DNA of 64,000 nt. Origin: Spirochaetota bacterium. Its GTDB lineage: Bacteria; Spirochaetota; UBA4802; UBA5550. Below the pieces are notes generated by a model that did no database searches, was not told the DNA's origin, and saw only the letters and a list, made by a program, of their open reading frames with translations. This document shows positions 19,758-30,117 of this stretch, one piece after another. Made by a program: the position numbers and the translations under genes. Each line of letters starts with the position of its first letter. Position 1 is the stretch's first letter. Where the stretch lies: the NCBI GenBank assembly GCA_963664815.2, contig CAXXHB010000002.1:576001-640000 (forward strand), given 5' to 3'.

Positions 19758-20702
19758 TTATCCGTGTTTTAAATTTTCTTCTTTTTCAAGTACGAGGTTT
19801 TCGTATTCGGTGTAAAGGAGCTGTTCTTCTTTTCCGGGGTTCATAGATCTTACTTTTGAAACGAGAGTTCTGTAAGGAGAGAGTTTTTTTATATCCGTTT
19901 CAGATTCAATTTTTTGTTTTAACTGTTTATCATCACGGACAATCAATGCAAGATAAAATTCAAATGCGTTTTTAAGATCGCTGAGCATAGTTTTATTTTT
20001 AACAACATCCAGTTCATCTTTTTTATTATTAAGGATGTCGTTGATATAAAAGATTATAAACTGAGTGTCAAAGGCTGATATATCAAAATCAAGTAACAGC
20101 TGGTTAAGGTTGGAGAGTGCCATATTTTTTAAATGGTAGCTTGCAAGAAATACGGGATTATCGGACATGGTGTTGATGCTTATATAATCAGAGCTTTTTT
20201 CTTCATGAAGAGGGAGTACCGCTTCAACTTTTTCTGATGCTATTTTTATTATTTCACCTGGACGATAACGGCTTGTAATAACTGAGACTTCAATTTCGGA
20301 AATAGATTCATCAACAACAAGATAATCTACTTCGGTATCAGAAGGGATATCTTTAAGCATAGCTGAGTAACTTTTTAGTGTTATAATTTTAACAGGGAGA
20401 AGATCCATAGATGCTACATAATGGATAAATAGATACTTTCTTTTTTTTTCAATAATGTTTCTGTAAGGCAATATAAGTGTATCATCCCTGATTTTTAAAA
20501 GCGAGTATTCTTTAAGATGATCCCGTTCAATTAGGAAAATCCTTCCAAGAAAGACCACAGTGGGTATTTTGTGAAGAATACTTCTCCCCTCATTGTCTAC
20601 AGGAAAAGTTTCACCAATATTATTAAAAACAAGAAACTTAAGTTTATCAAACAATATTTTTAAAGTGTAACCAGCTGGTGTTTTCTCTTCAGTGAAATCC
20701 AT
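19758..20702 (-). CDS. Hypothetical protein
   Basis: 314-aa ORF co-directional with ctpA-tsaD; no motif recognised. Confidence 0.65.
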   Translation of the reverse strand: MDFTEEKTPAGYTLKILFDKLKFLVFNNIGETFPVDNEGRSILHKIPTVVFLGRIFLIERDHLKEYSLLKIRDDTLILPYRNIIEKKRKYLFIHYVASMDLLPVKIITLKSYSAMLKDIPSDTEVDYLVVDESISEIEVSVITSRYRPGEIIKIASEKVEAVLPLHEEKSSDYISINTMSDNPVFLASYHLKNMALSNLNQLLLDFDISAFDTQFIIFYINDILNNKKDELDVVKNKTMLSDLKNAFEFYLALIVRDDKQLKQKIESETDIKKLSPYRTLVSKVRSMNPGKEEQLLYTEYENLVLEKEENLKHG

Positions 20703-20768
20703 GGATCACCATATACTATTTTTTAACTTTATAAATATAATAATGAGTGAGATTTGCAAGCAATAATT

Positions 20769-21770
20769 TTATAATTTGGAGCTTACATCAATGGAGAAAG
20801 AATCAAAAATTTTACGGATAAAATACTGGTATGATATTCCGGCTATCATTGCCGCATTATCGGTACACATGAGAGGTGAGGGAAACAGCACTTCTTCTTC
20901 TTTATTCTTTTCTGCATAAATCATCTGTCTGAGTCTTCCGTTAGCTGCCACCCCCCCCGCAACAACCATTCTCTTTATTCCGGATTTTCTTGCAGCGGTA
21001 AAAAGTCTTCTTACAAGTAATTCAAGCGCCCTCTCCTGAAAACTGTAGACTATTTCAGATTTATTTTGTTCCGGATTCTGTTTCATGTAGTTTATAACGG
21101 CTGTTTTTAAACCGGAATATGAAAATCTTGTATCATCAGGATCAGTAAGAATTTTCGGAAAAAAAATTTTATTTTCAGAGGCTTCCCTGGCAAGCTTTTC
21201 CACAAGCGGTCCACCCGGATAGCCGAGACCGATAAATTTTGAGACCTTGTCAAATGCTTCTCCCACAGCATCATCAACTGTTTTGCCAATCAGTTCCATT
21301 TCTCCCGGTCCGGTAACAGTATAAAGAGCTGTATTTCCTCCGGATACAAGAAGTCCGATGAATGGATATGACAATTCGCTTTCCTCAAGAAACGGAGCAT
21401 AAAGATGAGCTTCAAGATGATTCACTCCAATGAGCGGAATATTCAGCACAAAAGAGATAGCTTTTGCGCTTTGAAGAGCTATTAAAAGTGATCCTGTCAG
21501 GCCTGGTCTGTTTGTGGCTGCAACATAATTTAGATCTCTGAAAGTAAAATTGCTTTCAATGAGCGCCATTTCAATCAGGTAATTAATTTTTTCAAGGTGA
21601 GCCCTTGATGCTATCTCCGGCACAACTCCTGAATATTCGCAATGAAGTTCAACCTGGCTGAATATTCTGTTTGAGAGTATTTTTTTCCCGTTAATAACAA
21701 TGGCTGCTGATGTTTCATCGCATGAACTCTCCAGACCCAACCCTATAATTTGCTCCGGCATATGTGACAT
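20769..21770 (-). CDS. tsaD: tRNA N6-adenosine threonylcarbamoyltransferase
   Basis: LESSCDETSAA, GVVPEIASRAH, NHLEAH, DDAVGEAFDK, SYSGLKT, CTDNAAMI. Confidence 0.97.
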   Translation of the reverse strand: MSHMPEQIIGLGLESSCDETSAAIVINGKKILSNRIFSQVELHCEYSGVVPEIASRAHLEKINYLIEMALIESNFTFRDLNYVAATNRPGLTGSLLIALQSAKAISFVLNIPLIGVNHLEAHLYAPFLEESELSYPFIGLLVSGGNTALYTVTGPGEMELIGKTVDDAVGEAFDKVSKFIGLGYPGGPLVEKLAREASENKIFFPKILTDPDDTRFSYSGLKTAVINYMKQNPEQNKSEIVYSFQERALELLVRRLFTAARKSGIKRMVVAGGVAANGRLRQMIYAEKNKEEEVLFPSPLMCTDNAAMIAGISYQYFIRKIFDSFSIDVSSKL

Positions 21771-21773
21771 TAC

Positions 21774-23138
21774 CTATTTACTTACCTTTTCAATAGCAGC
21801 TGTAAGTTGATTATCAAATTCAAGATCATATATCTGATTTTTATGATACTTTGAAATTTCTCTTTTAAGTATAAAGTCAGCTGTATTATCTGAAATTTTT
21901 ACATTTCTGCTCTGAAGAAATTTTTTAAATTCAGATTTCACTATGTCGTTATAAACGGTTTTAATGGAGACGAATTCATTAAGCAGTTTATTACTGCTTA
22001 TTTTCTTCAATTCATCGGTCTCTTTTTCCGGAAATTCCGCGACTTTTACTTCAAAATCGGGCATGATCCCCTTTCCGTGTATCATCGCACCGGAAGGGGT
22101 GTAGTATTTAGCAATTGTAACTGCAATGCCAACATCCTTGTCAAGGTTGTATGTTTTTTGAACGGATCCTTTACCGAAAGTTTTTTCACCGAGGAGAAGC
22201 GCTTTGTTATTATCTCGCAATGCCCCGCTTAAAATTTCTGAAGCTGAAGCGCTTCCTTTATTTACAATCAATATGATTTTCCCTTTATAGACAGGATCTG
22301 TTACAGCTTTGAAATACTGTTCTTTATTGTTTTCTGAACGCCCCTTCGTTGATACAATTGTAAGGTCTTTTTCGAGGAAAAAATTGGAGATTTCCACTGC
22401 AGCGGTGAGAAGTCCGCCGGGATTGTACCGAAGGTCTATAATAAGTCTGTTTATCTTGTTATTATTGAAGAAATCAAGAGCTTTCCTTACATCCTGAGTT
22501 GTATCGTTTCCGAATGTTTTAATTTTAAGGTAACCGATATTATGTTCTTTTATTAATGCAAATTCCGTACTCTCTATCTTTACAGGAGCTCTTTCAATAT
22601 TATAACTGATTTCTTCCTTGAAGCCTTCCCGTTTTATTGAAATATTTACTTTTGTTCCGGGGAGTCCTTTTATATTTTTAATTATTTCATCCAGATTTTT
22701 ATCTTTAATAATTTCATTGTTCACCTTGGTAATTATATCACCAGATTCAATTCCGGCTTTCATTGCCGGGGAATTTTCAATGGGGCTTACTACTACAATT
22801 TCACCGTCCTTGACAGCTATTTCAACGCCAATACCGACAAATTTTCCGGAAGTCATTTCCTGCAATTCAGCTGTAGATTCTTCATTAAGAAATCTTGTGA
22901 AGGGGTCTCCAAGAGAATCAATCATTCCTTTAATAGCACCATAAAACAGTTTTTTGTTATCCGGCTGGTCAACGTACTCGCTTGTAATTATCTGAAAAGC
23001 CTGGTGAAAAAAATCGAGATACTTATGTGCCGGTTCCCCTGCGGAAGCTACAAATGAAAAATTTATTCCAAGAAAAAGACCTGTTGCAAAGGCAAGTACT
23101 ATTAAATGAGTTTTTCTCTCTGAAAATTTTTTAAGCAT
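21774..23138 (-). CDS. ctpA: Carboxyl-terminal processing protease (S41) with PDZ domain
   Basis: LGDPFT, GIGV (PDZ), DLRYNPGG, SASASEI, TFGKGSVQ. Confidence 0.93.
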   Translation of the reverse strand: MLKKFSERKTHLIVLAFATGLFLGINFSFVASAGEPAHKYLDFFHQAFQIITSEYVDQPDNKKLFYGAIKGMIDSLGDPFTRFLNEESTAELQEMTSGKFVGIGVEIAVKDGEIVVVSPIENSPAMKAGIESGDIITKVNNEIIKDKNLDEIIKNIKGLPGTKVNISIKREGFKEEISYNIERAPVKIESTEFALIKEHNIGYLKIKTFGNDTTQDVRKALDFFNNNKINRLIIDLRYNPGGLLTAAVEISNFFLEKDLTIVSTKGRSENNKEQYFKAVTDPVYKGKIILIVNKGSASASEILSGALRDNNKALLLGEKTFGKGSVQKTYNLDKDVGIAVTIAKYYTPSGAMIHGKGIMPDFEVKVAEFPEKETDELKKISSNKLLNEFVSIKTVYNDIVKSEFKKFLQSRNVKISDNTADFILKREISKYHKNQIYDLEFDNQLTAAIEKVSK

Positions 23139-23300
23139 GATTGGCTCCGGTTTAAAAGAAATGGGTTTTAGTATAAAGTATGTAAATTAAAAATAAAATC
23201 TGTTACTGGTAGTGTCAATAATTAAGTAATATGCTGGAGAATTTATTATAAGCAATTGAATTAATTTCAGAAAGAGAAAGAAATTGTATTTTAACAATAA

Positions 23301-23900
23301 TTATATTTCTTTAAAAATTTTTCTGGCAAAATCCGTGATTATTCTTGCAGTTAATCCCCATATAGTATTTTTTCCGAAATTGTAGTAGTAAACATCAAAA
23401 TCTTTTCCATCATGTGTAAGTTTTTCGCATTTAGTATATTCTTCATTATAAAAAATAGAAAACGGAACTTCAAGCATTTCATCAATCTCATCCCTGCATA
23501 CAACATACTGTTGAACTCTGTTGAGCGCTCCGACAAAAACATAGACATGGAAACCCATAATGGAAATATATTCATCGAATTCACCCAGGACTTCGATTTC
23601 TTCCGGATTTATCCCGACCTCTTCCATAGTTTCCCTGAGTGCTGTTTCGAGATAATCTTTGTCAGTGGAATCATATCCTCCTCCGGGAAATGATACCTGA
23701 CCTTTGTGTGTGGATACCTTGTCTGTTCGAAGCGTAAGGAGAACATATGGAGATTCCTCTTTTTCCATGAAGAGAATCATTACTGCCGATTTTTTATAAT
23801 CGGGATAATGTACTGTTCGTTTATTTCTTGATGAAAGTTTGTCGGCGATGAATTTTTTAAAAGATATAAAACTATATGCGGTGTTGAATTTCATATTCAT
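23301..23900 (-). CDS. Nudix CoA pyrophosphatase
   Basis: LLTLR, HKGQVSFPGG, TALRETMEEVG, IWGLTA. Confidence 0.9.
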   Translation of the reverse strand: MNMKFNTAYSFISFKKFIADKLSSRNKRTVHYPDYKKSAVMILFMEKEESPYVLLTLRTDKVSTHKGQVSFPGGGYDSTDKDYLETALRETMEEVGINPEEIEVLGEFDEYISIMGFHVYVFVGALNRVQQYVVCRDEIDEMLEVPFSIFYNEEYTKCEKLTHDGKDFDVYYYNFGKNTIWGLTARIITDFARKIFKEI

Positions 23901-24420
23901 AAATATCCTCTCCATACTGATCGATGGCCACAACTACTGGAAAATCTTCAACAATAAGTTCATACACTGCTTCAGCAGCAAGGTCGTCAAAAGCTATTAT
24001 CCTTGAAGATTTTATCCTTTTGTTTAAATATGCCCCCGCTCCTCCAAATGAACTGAAGTAGACTGAGTGATATTTTACAATAAGTTCTTTAGTTTCTGCA
24101 TTCCTTTTTCCTTTTCCAATCATCCCTTTTATACCAAGTTCAAGCATCATTGAAGAGAAGGGATCCATTCGCGATGATGTTGTCGGACCAGCGGCTCCTA
24201 TAACTTCCCCAGGTTTTGCAGGAGTCGGCCCAACGTAGTATATAAGCTCATCTTTAAGTTCAAACGGGAGTTTTTCCCCTGTTTTAAGCATATGCGTAAT
24301 TCTTTCATGTGCTTTGTCTCTGGCGGTAAGAAGCTTTCCTGTAATGAGACAGAGATCTCTGCATCGAAGTGTTTCAAGTACATCAGATGTAAGAGGAGTG
24401 GATATTTTTTTCCAGTTCAT
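23872..24420 (-). CDS. Fe-S hydro-lyase (fumarate/tartrate) beta subunit
   Basis: TARDKAH, GPTTSSRMD, MIGKG, GGAGA, VEDFP. Confidence 0.92.
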   Translation of the reverse strand: MNWKKISTPLTSDVLETLRCRDLCLITGKLLTARDKAHERITHMLKTGEKLPFELKDELIYYVGPTPAKPGEVIGAAGPTTSSRMDPFSSMMLELGIKGMIGKGKRNAETKELIVKYHSVYFSSFGGAGAYLNKRIKSSRIIAFDDLAAEAVYELIVEDFPVVVAIDQYGEDIYEYEIQHRI

Positions 24421-25265
24421 CAGAGAATCTTTCTCCCTTTGCGGAATGAATGACAGTTTAAGTTAAGGGCAACAGGGAGTGACGCTATATGTGCCGGGGC
24501 CTCTTTTATGTAAACACCTGCTGCGCTGTTTTTACCACCTAATCCTAATGGGCCTACTCCGGAGTTGTTTATTCTTTCGAGAATTTTTATCTCCAGATCA
24601 TGGTAGAAAGGATCTGGATTATGTTCTTCCGGATTTTTAAGCAGGGCTTTTTTGGCATTAAGCATTGCTGTATCTGCGGTACCCCCTATCCCTATGCCCA
24701 GGAAGAGAGGGGGGCATGGATTAGGCCCTGCAGAAATTACCGTATCTTCAACAAATTCAATTATTTTTTCCACTGAGTCTGTTGGGCGGAACATCTTCAG
24801 CACACTCATGTTTTCCGAACCCCCGCCTTTCAGCATGAGATCAATAACAAGTCCGTTTCCCGGAACTATATCTGTGTGAATGATTGAGGGTGTATTTGTC
24901 CCTGTATTTTTTCTGCGAAGAGGATCAGCAACAATAGATTTTCTGAGATAAAATTTATCGTATGCTTCAGCAACTGCGGAATTTACTGCGTCGTAAAGAT
25001 AATCCCCCGTAATATCGAGTTCCTGCCCGATTTCAAGAAATATAATCACAGAACCGCAATCCTGACAGAGTGGAATATTATCTTTTTCCGCTATTTCAAT
25101 GTTCTCTATCAATATACCAAGAGTTTCTGATGCGAGTGGAAGCGTTTCTTCTTTTCTCATCTTCAGAAAAATATTTTTTATTTCCGGAGGTGCTGTAAAA
25201 TTGACATTTAAAATAAGTTCCTCAATGGCTTTTTTTATTTCATCAGTGTGGATTTTTCTTTTCAT
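24420..25265 (-). CDS. Fe-S hydro-lyase (class I fumarate hydratase) alpha subunit
   Basis: PLCQDCG, LRKSIV, KGGGSEN, NPCPP, GIGG, HIASLPV, CH. Confidence 0.92.
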   Translation of the reverse strand: MKRKIHTDEIKKAIEELILNVNFTAPPEIKNIFLKMRKEETLPLASETLGILIENIEIAEKDNIPLCQDCGSVIIFLEIGQELDITGDYLYDAVNSAVAEAYDKFYLRKSIVADPLRRKNTGTNTPSIIHTDIVPGNGLVIDLMLKGGGSENMSVLKMFRPTDSVEKIIEFVEDTVISAGPNPCPPLFLGIGIGGTADTAMLNAKKALLKNPEEHNPDPFYHDLEIKILERINNSGVGPLGLGGKNSAAGVYIKEAPAHIASLPVALNLNCHSFRKGRKIL

Positions 25266-25540
25266 AATTTTATTGGTACTATAAGCCTATTCAGGTAAAA
25301 TTTTTTTACAATTACCGGAAATCTGAGAATTTGGTATTTATGAAATATAAGACATTCAGAAGAACGAATGTCAACAAATATTATATGAATCATTAATCAG
25401 AATTTTGATGTTTTAAAGCATGGTATTAGTAATTCGTCGTTCTATCGTAGACTTTATATTACTTGACATTATCTGCTATATTTCAGATTTTTATGGTAAA
25501 ATAAGAGAAGAGTAAATAATATGAATATGTAGATCAGGGA

Positions 25541-26311
25541 ATGATGCGGAAAAATAAAAAAAGTATCATGTATTTTTTCATCTTTCAGGTTACAGAAATA
25601 AAAATAATACTCTGTGCCATGCTTCTGCTTTTGCTTTCGTGTACATCAGTTAAAATTACTTCAGAAGGAGGTGCAAATGAGCAGATAAAAGCGGAAAACA
25701 GAATCATGAAAAAAAACCTTACACTGGCATTGAGGGAAAACAGCGTTTTAAAAGATGAAAATATTCTGTATAAGGGTGACAACAGCAGACTCAATACGCG
25801 TATTAAACTTCTTGAATCGGAAATGGGGTCATTGCAGAAAAAGTATGAGCAGGACATTGCTCTTCTTAATGAAAAATATGAGAACCTGAACAAAAAAAAT
25901 ATTATTCTTGAACAGGAGAGTTCGTTTAAATTACAGGAACTCACTTCAATAAATAAAGCTCTTGAACAAAAGATGACAGGCGAGATAACGCAACTGAATG
26001 AAAATATAAGAAAACAGGAGGAAGCGTTTAACAGAGAACGTGCGGGTATTGAAACTGCATTTTTAAAAAAAGAGCTGGAATATCAGAAACAGCTGACACT
26101 GCTTAAGAAAGAGATTTTAACCGCTACAGTTGAGATGGAATCGTTAAAAACAAAGCTTGCAGAATCAGAGTCAAATCTTTCAGCCGTAAAATCTGAAATA
26201 ATCAGGAAAGATGAATTGAACAGGGAGCTTAAATTAAGAATCGATTCTCTCGTTGCTGATAAAGAAAATAAAAAAGAGGATTCTGCTGATATAAAAAAAG
26301 GAAATCCATAA
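25541..26311 (+). CDS. Coiled-coil putative lipoprotein
   Basis: Hydrophobic stretch ending LLLSC, then about 200 aa of heptad-rich sequence. Confidence 0.65.
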   Translation: MMRKNKKSIMYFFIFQVTEIKIILCAMLLLLLSCTSVKITSEGGANEQIKAENRIMKKNLTLALRENSVLKDENILYKGDNSRLNTRIKLLESEMGSLQKKYEQDIALLNEKYENLNKKNIILEQESSFKLQELTSINKALEQKMTGEITQLNENIRKQEEAFNRERAGIETAFLKKELEYQKQLTLLKKEILTATVEMESLKTKLAESESNLSAVKSEIIRKDELNRELKLRIDSLVADKENKKEDSADIKKGNP

Positions 26312-28455
26312 TGAATCATAAGGAAGGAGATTCCGTCAGACTCACGAAATATTCAGCAGTTATAATAATTTTCTTCCTCGCTTTTTATCTTATGCTTCCA
26401 AAATCTGTTGCTGCTAAGAATAAGTTTACTCTTCTTCTTACAACAAATCTGCAGGGAAGATTTTCACTGGAGAAAGAAAACCAGAATTTGAATGACCCTA
26501 TGCTGATTCTTGCACAATCTATAATAAGAGAAAAGGAAGAATCCCCATTTGATCTTTATCTTGACTTGGGTAATGCATTCTATCCCGGAGTTCTTTCAAG
26601 ATACAGCTATGGTTCTGCAATGATGGATTTTTTTAACTATTTTAACTGTGAGGCGACTCTTATATCTTCAAGGGATATAAGTATAGGGCTCTCCAACCTT
26701 GAATTCCTTTCAAAAGATAAAAATACAAAAATGCTCTCGTCGAATATAATCAAGGATAACCAGCCGATATTTACTCCATACATTATAGTAAATCATTCTG
26801 GCAGGAAAATCGGTATTATAGGCGTTTCTTCAGCTGATGGCCTTTTTGATATAGCTGAAAAAAAGACTTTAAATATTTCTTTCAGTAAATATCTTGAATC
26901 AATAAAGATTATGGCTGAAAAACTGAACAGTAATGGTTGTAATAATCTTATACTACTTTCGGGGCTGTCATACAGGAATAATATAGAACTGATGAAGGAG
27001 ATACCCGAAGTAAACCTGATAATCAGCGGTGGTGATTCTACAGGGAGTCTTTTTTCAATTCCATCGTCCCGTGTTGATCTTCAGTGGGGAAGATCGATTG
27101 TTACTCTTCTGGAGAATGACGGATACTACAGGCTTGAACTCGATCTGGATGATGGAATCAGCATTATATCAATGAATTTCAACAAACCGGCAGAATATAA
27201 AACATCAAATCCGGCATACCTTGAGTTTACCAACAGACTTTCTCTGTGGAAGGATAAGTTCAGAGAAGAGGAAAATCATATTTTTATAGATAAAATACCT
27301 GCGGCGTCTGTAACAGATGAAAGAGTGGCTAATATGTTAAGGCACAGGTACAACAGTGAAATAGGGATAATTGAGCAATATTCGATTATGCCTCAAACAC
27401 TTACCGGGCCGCTTTACTACTCAACCATAATGAAGCTTGTCAATAATGATAACCCGATATTTACATACAGGTTAAGCGGTGCCGATCTTAAAAAGATTGA
27501 AGATAGCAGCAACCTGGTTATTACAGGAATAAATAAAGAGAAAATACAGGATTACCCGATATCGGATGAAAGGATGTACAGGGTTTGCTCAACTCAGTAT
27601 GCTTATGACAGGATAACAGGGTTATTGCGGAAGCATATTGAATATAATAACACCTGGAAGACCCTGCAGGATGAAATAGAAGAAGATCTTAAAACAGATA
27701 AGTCTCTTATATCCGTTAATTTTAATTACCTTGAAGACAGATTTAGAATGCTTCTGGATATAACCCTGTCAAATTTTTATGACAGGTCTGTTGTTGAAAG
27801 AGGTGACAGCATAGATACTCCACCTGGCAAACCGTCAGAAACATACCGGAGATGGGGTATGGAAGATACGTTAAATATAACTTTATACAATAAGAATCAT
27901 CAACTGATAGTTACGCCATATATATATTATATAAAACAGAATGAAGAGTATCTTCAGAATCTCTTTCGCGGAACTCTCCTTTACACATATATTCCAAATA
28001 ATTCTGTCAGGCCATATCATAAGTCACAACTTGATACAGTCCTGGTCGAGAAAGATGGAAGACCGGTTCTGGTGAGAGAGACAGCCGGCATTTCTCTTAA
28101 AACTGACCGGATAACAGGAAGGTTCGGTGCAGGATTTGAGAAACAGATCCATGATCCGGAAAATTCCAGGCTTGATGGTATAGAGACACTGCTGGACGTG
28201 AATTATCCTTTTAATGATGAATTGGCATTCCTATTTAAAATGGATTCATTTATTTCAGTAAAAAGCGGAACTTCAGATGATCTGAAAATTCGAACAGAGA
28301 TAACAAATTCTCTTTCATACAGACTAAACAGCGTTTTAGGGGTATCTGTAAAATATAAGTGGTTTTATTTCTATTCTAAGGAAATTGAAGAATCTTATAA
28401 ATATAACCAGACTCTTATTTCAATTGATTTGAAAACTGATCTTAAACTTTTTTAA
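26311..28455 (+). CDS. 5'-nucleotidase/metallophosphoesterase-like protein with degenerate metal sites, fused to a probable C-terminal beta-barrel
   Basis: Signal peptide; UshA-like order LLTTNLQG, DLGNAF, SSNI, PYII, KIGIIG, LIISGG, then a 5NT_C-like region; amphipathic beta-rich C-terminus ending in Phe. Confidence 0.65.
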   Translation: MNHKEGDSVRLTKYSAVIIIFFLAFYLMLPKSVAAKNKFTLLLTTNLQGRFSLEKENQNLNDPMLILAQSIIREKEESPFDLYLDLGNAFYPGVLSRYSYGSAMMDFFNYFNCEATLISSRDISIGLSNLEFLSKDKNTKMLSSNIIKDNQPIFTPYIIVNHSGRKIGIIGVSSADGLFDIAEKKTLNISFSKYLESIKIMAEKLNSNGCNNLILLSGLSYRNNIELMKEIPEVNLIISGGDSTGSLFSIPSSRVDLQWGRSIVTLLENDGYYRLELDLDDGISIISMNFNKPAEYKTSNPAYLEFTNRLSLWKDKFREEENHIFIDKIPAASVTDERVANMLRHRYNSEIGIIEQYSIMPQTLTGPLYYSTIMKLVNNDNPIFTYRLSGADLKKIEDSSNLVITGINKEKIQDYPISDERMYRVCSTQYAYDRITGLLRKHIEYNNTWKTLQDEIEEDLKTDKSLISVNFNYLEDRFRMLLDITLSNFYDRSVVERGDSIDTPPGKPSETYRRWGMEDTLNITLYNKNHQLIVTPYIYYIKQNEEYLQNLFRGTLLYTYIPNNSVRPYHKSQLDTVLVEKDGRPVLVRETAGISLKTDRITGRFGAGFEKQIHDPENSRLDGIETLLDVNYPFNDELAFLFKMDSFISVKSGTSDDLKIRTEITNSLSYRLNSVLGVSVKYKWFYFYSKEIEESYKYNQTLISIDLKTDLKLF

Positions 28456-28564
28456 TATCAACTGTTAAGTAATCCCAACCATCTCACTGAGTAAATATAT
28501 ATTCCTCTTTTTCTGAAGAGTGTGTCTGGTATTCTCCCCGGTAACCGCTAATGTATTAAAAGGA

Positions 28565-28609
28565 TTGACTCCGTATACCAGGTATACTATTAATGTATAT
28601 ATGGTATAC
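28565..28609 (+). promoter_or_regulatory. Promoter with two TetR-type palindromic operators
   Basis: TTGACT (28565), 17 nt, TATTAA (28588); palindrome GTATACCAGGTATAC (28573-28587) and a 12/15 copy GTATATATGGTATAC (28595-28609). Confidence 0.7.
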
Positions 28610-28613
28610 TAAT

Positions 28614-29198
28614 ATGAAATCAAAAAGTAAAGCTATTGAAGAAAAAGTTTTTAAGAATGTTGAAACCCTTATGTTGCAATATGGAATTAAGGGTTGGAAT
28701 ATGAATGACCTTGCAGGAATATCAGGTATTACCAAAAGGACTTTGTACAAAATTATAGCTTCAAAAGAACAACTTATTCGAGATGTGGCATTTAACAATA
28801 TCAGGAGAATCAGGGAACGAGTTTTTGAAATAATAAAAAGTGATTCAGCTTTCAAAGAACGAATGGATAAGCTGATTACCGCCATCCCTGAACTCTTTAA
28901 GAATAACTATATCAACAATTATAGCGATATTCTGAATGAGTTTCCAGAATTAGAAGCGGATATTGTTAAAGAAAATGAAAAGCTGTCAGCTGACCTGCGG
29001 CTTTTTTTTCAGAGTGGGATTGACTGCGGGTGTATAAGAAAGGACATCACCCCGGTTCTGGTTCAGCAGATGATTCAGGCTTTTATTATTTATTTTGCAA
29101 AATACAGTTCTTCGGAAACTGAAGTTGCAGATAGGATTAAAATGTCACTTCACTGCCTGATCAATGGATTAGTTATCGGCCAGGATGGCGGGAAATAA
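28614..29198 (+). CDS. TetR/AcrR-family transcriptional regulator
   Basis: HTH GIKGWNMNDLAGISGITKRTLYKIIASKEQL; precedes efflux genes. Confidence 0.88.
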   Translation: MKSKSKAIEEKVFKNVETLMLQYGIKGWNMNDLAGISGITKRTLYKIIASKEQLIRDVAFNNIRRIRERVFEIIKSDSAFKERMDKLITAIPELFKNNYINNYSDILNEFPELEADIVKENEKLSADLRLFFQSGIDCGCIRKDITPVLVQQMIQAFIIYFAKYSSSETEVADRIKMSLHCLINGLVIGQDGGK

Positions 29199-29268
29199 AT
29201 TCATTATTTAACTGAAAATAAGCAGTAAATATATTTTAAATTATGAATAATTTTTGCAGGAGGGAACC

Positions 29269-30117
29269 ATGAACATTAAAAAAATTGCAATCCCAGTGGC
29301 AATTATTTCGTTATTGGGAGTTGCCGGAATTTATATAAAAGACTACATGATTTATGTTACTACTGATAATGCCCAGGTTGCGGCTCATTATGTTCTGCTT
29401 TCTTCGAAAGTGCCTGGTTTTATTATAAAAGTAAACGTCAAAGAAGGGGATTCGGTTAAAAAAGGGAGCATACTTATAGAGATTGATCATCGTGATTTTG
29501 AAAATGTACTCAGGCAACATGAAGGTGAACTAGCTGCGCTGGATGCTTCAAAAAATGATGCAGAGAAAAATTTTAAACGGATTTCAGAACTATATAAAAG
29601 CGGCTCAGTATCACAGCAGAATAATGATCAATCAAAGGCTTTGTTACTCCAGTTAAGGTCAAAGTCTGAAGCGATGAGCGCCATAGTGGATCAGTCGAAG
29701 CTTAATCTTGAAAACACAAAGATAAAAGCGCCTGCTGATGGATTTATTGCCAAAACATCAGCTGAGATAGGGCAGTTTACGGGGAGCGGAGCTCCGCTTA
29801 TCGGGTTTGTAGATTCGGGAGAACGTTGGGTTGTGGCTAATTTTAAAGAAACAGAAATACCATACATAAAAACCGGAGCAAAAGTTAAAATTGAAATTGA
29901 TGCTATTCCGGGAAGATATTTCTCCGGAAACGTTGAAAGTCTGAGCTCTGCAACCGGGGCGACATTTACGCTCCTTCCTCCTGATAATGCAACAGGGAAT
30001 TTTACGAAGGTTGTGCAGAGAATTCCCGTTAGAATAAAACTGGATCCTGTTGATGAACCGGTTATGGAAAAGCTGAGAAACGGTCTGTCAGCGGTAGTAA
30101 AAATACGTCGCAGCTGA
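29269..30117 (+). CDS. EmrA/HlyD-family membrane fusion protein
   Basis: VTTDNAQV, IKAPADG, VANFKET, LLPPDNATGNFTKVVQRIPVRI; GGAGGG RBS. Confidence 0.92.
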   Translation: MNIKKIAIPVAIISLLGVAGIYIKDYMIYVTTDNAQVAAHYVLLSSKVPGFIIKVNVKEGDSVKKGSILIEIDHRDFENVLRQHEGELAALDASKNDAEKNFKRISELYKSGSVSQQNNDQSKALLLQLRSKSEAMSAIVDQSKLNLENTKIKAPADGFIAKTSAEIGQFTGSGAPLIGFVDSGERWVVANFKETEIPYIKTGAKVKIEIDAIPGRYFSGNVESLSSATGATFTLLPPDNATGNFTKVVQRIPVRIKLDPVDEPVMEKLRNGLSAVVKIRRS

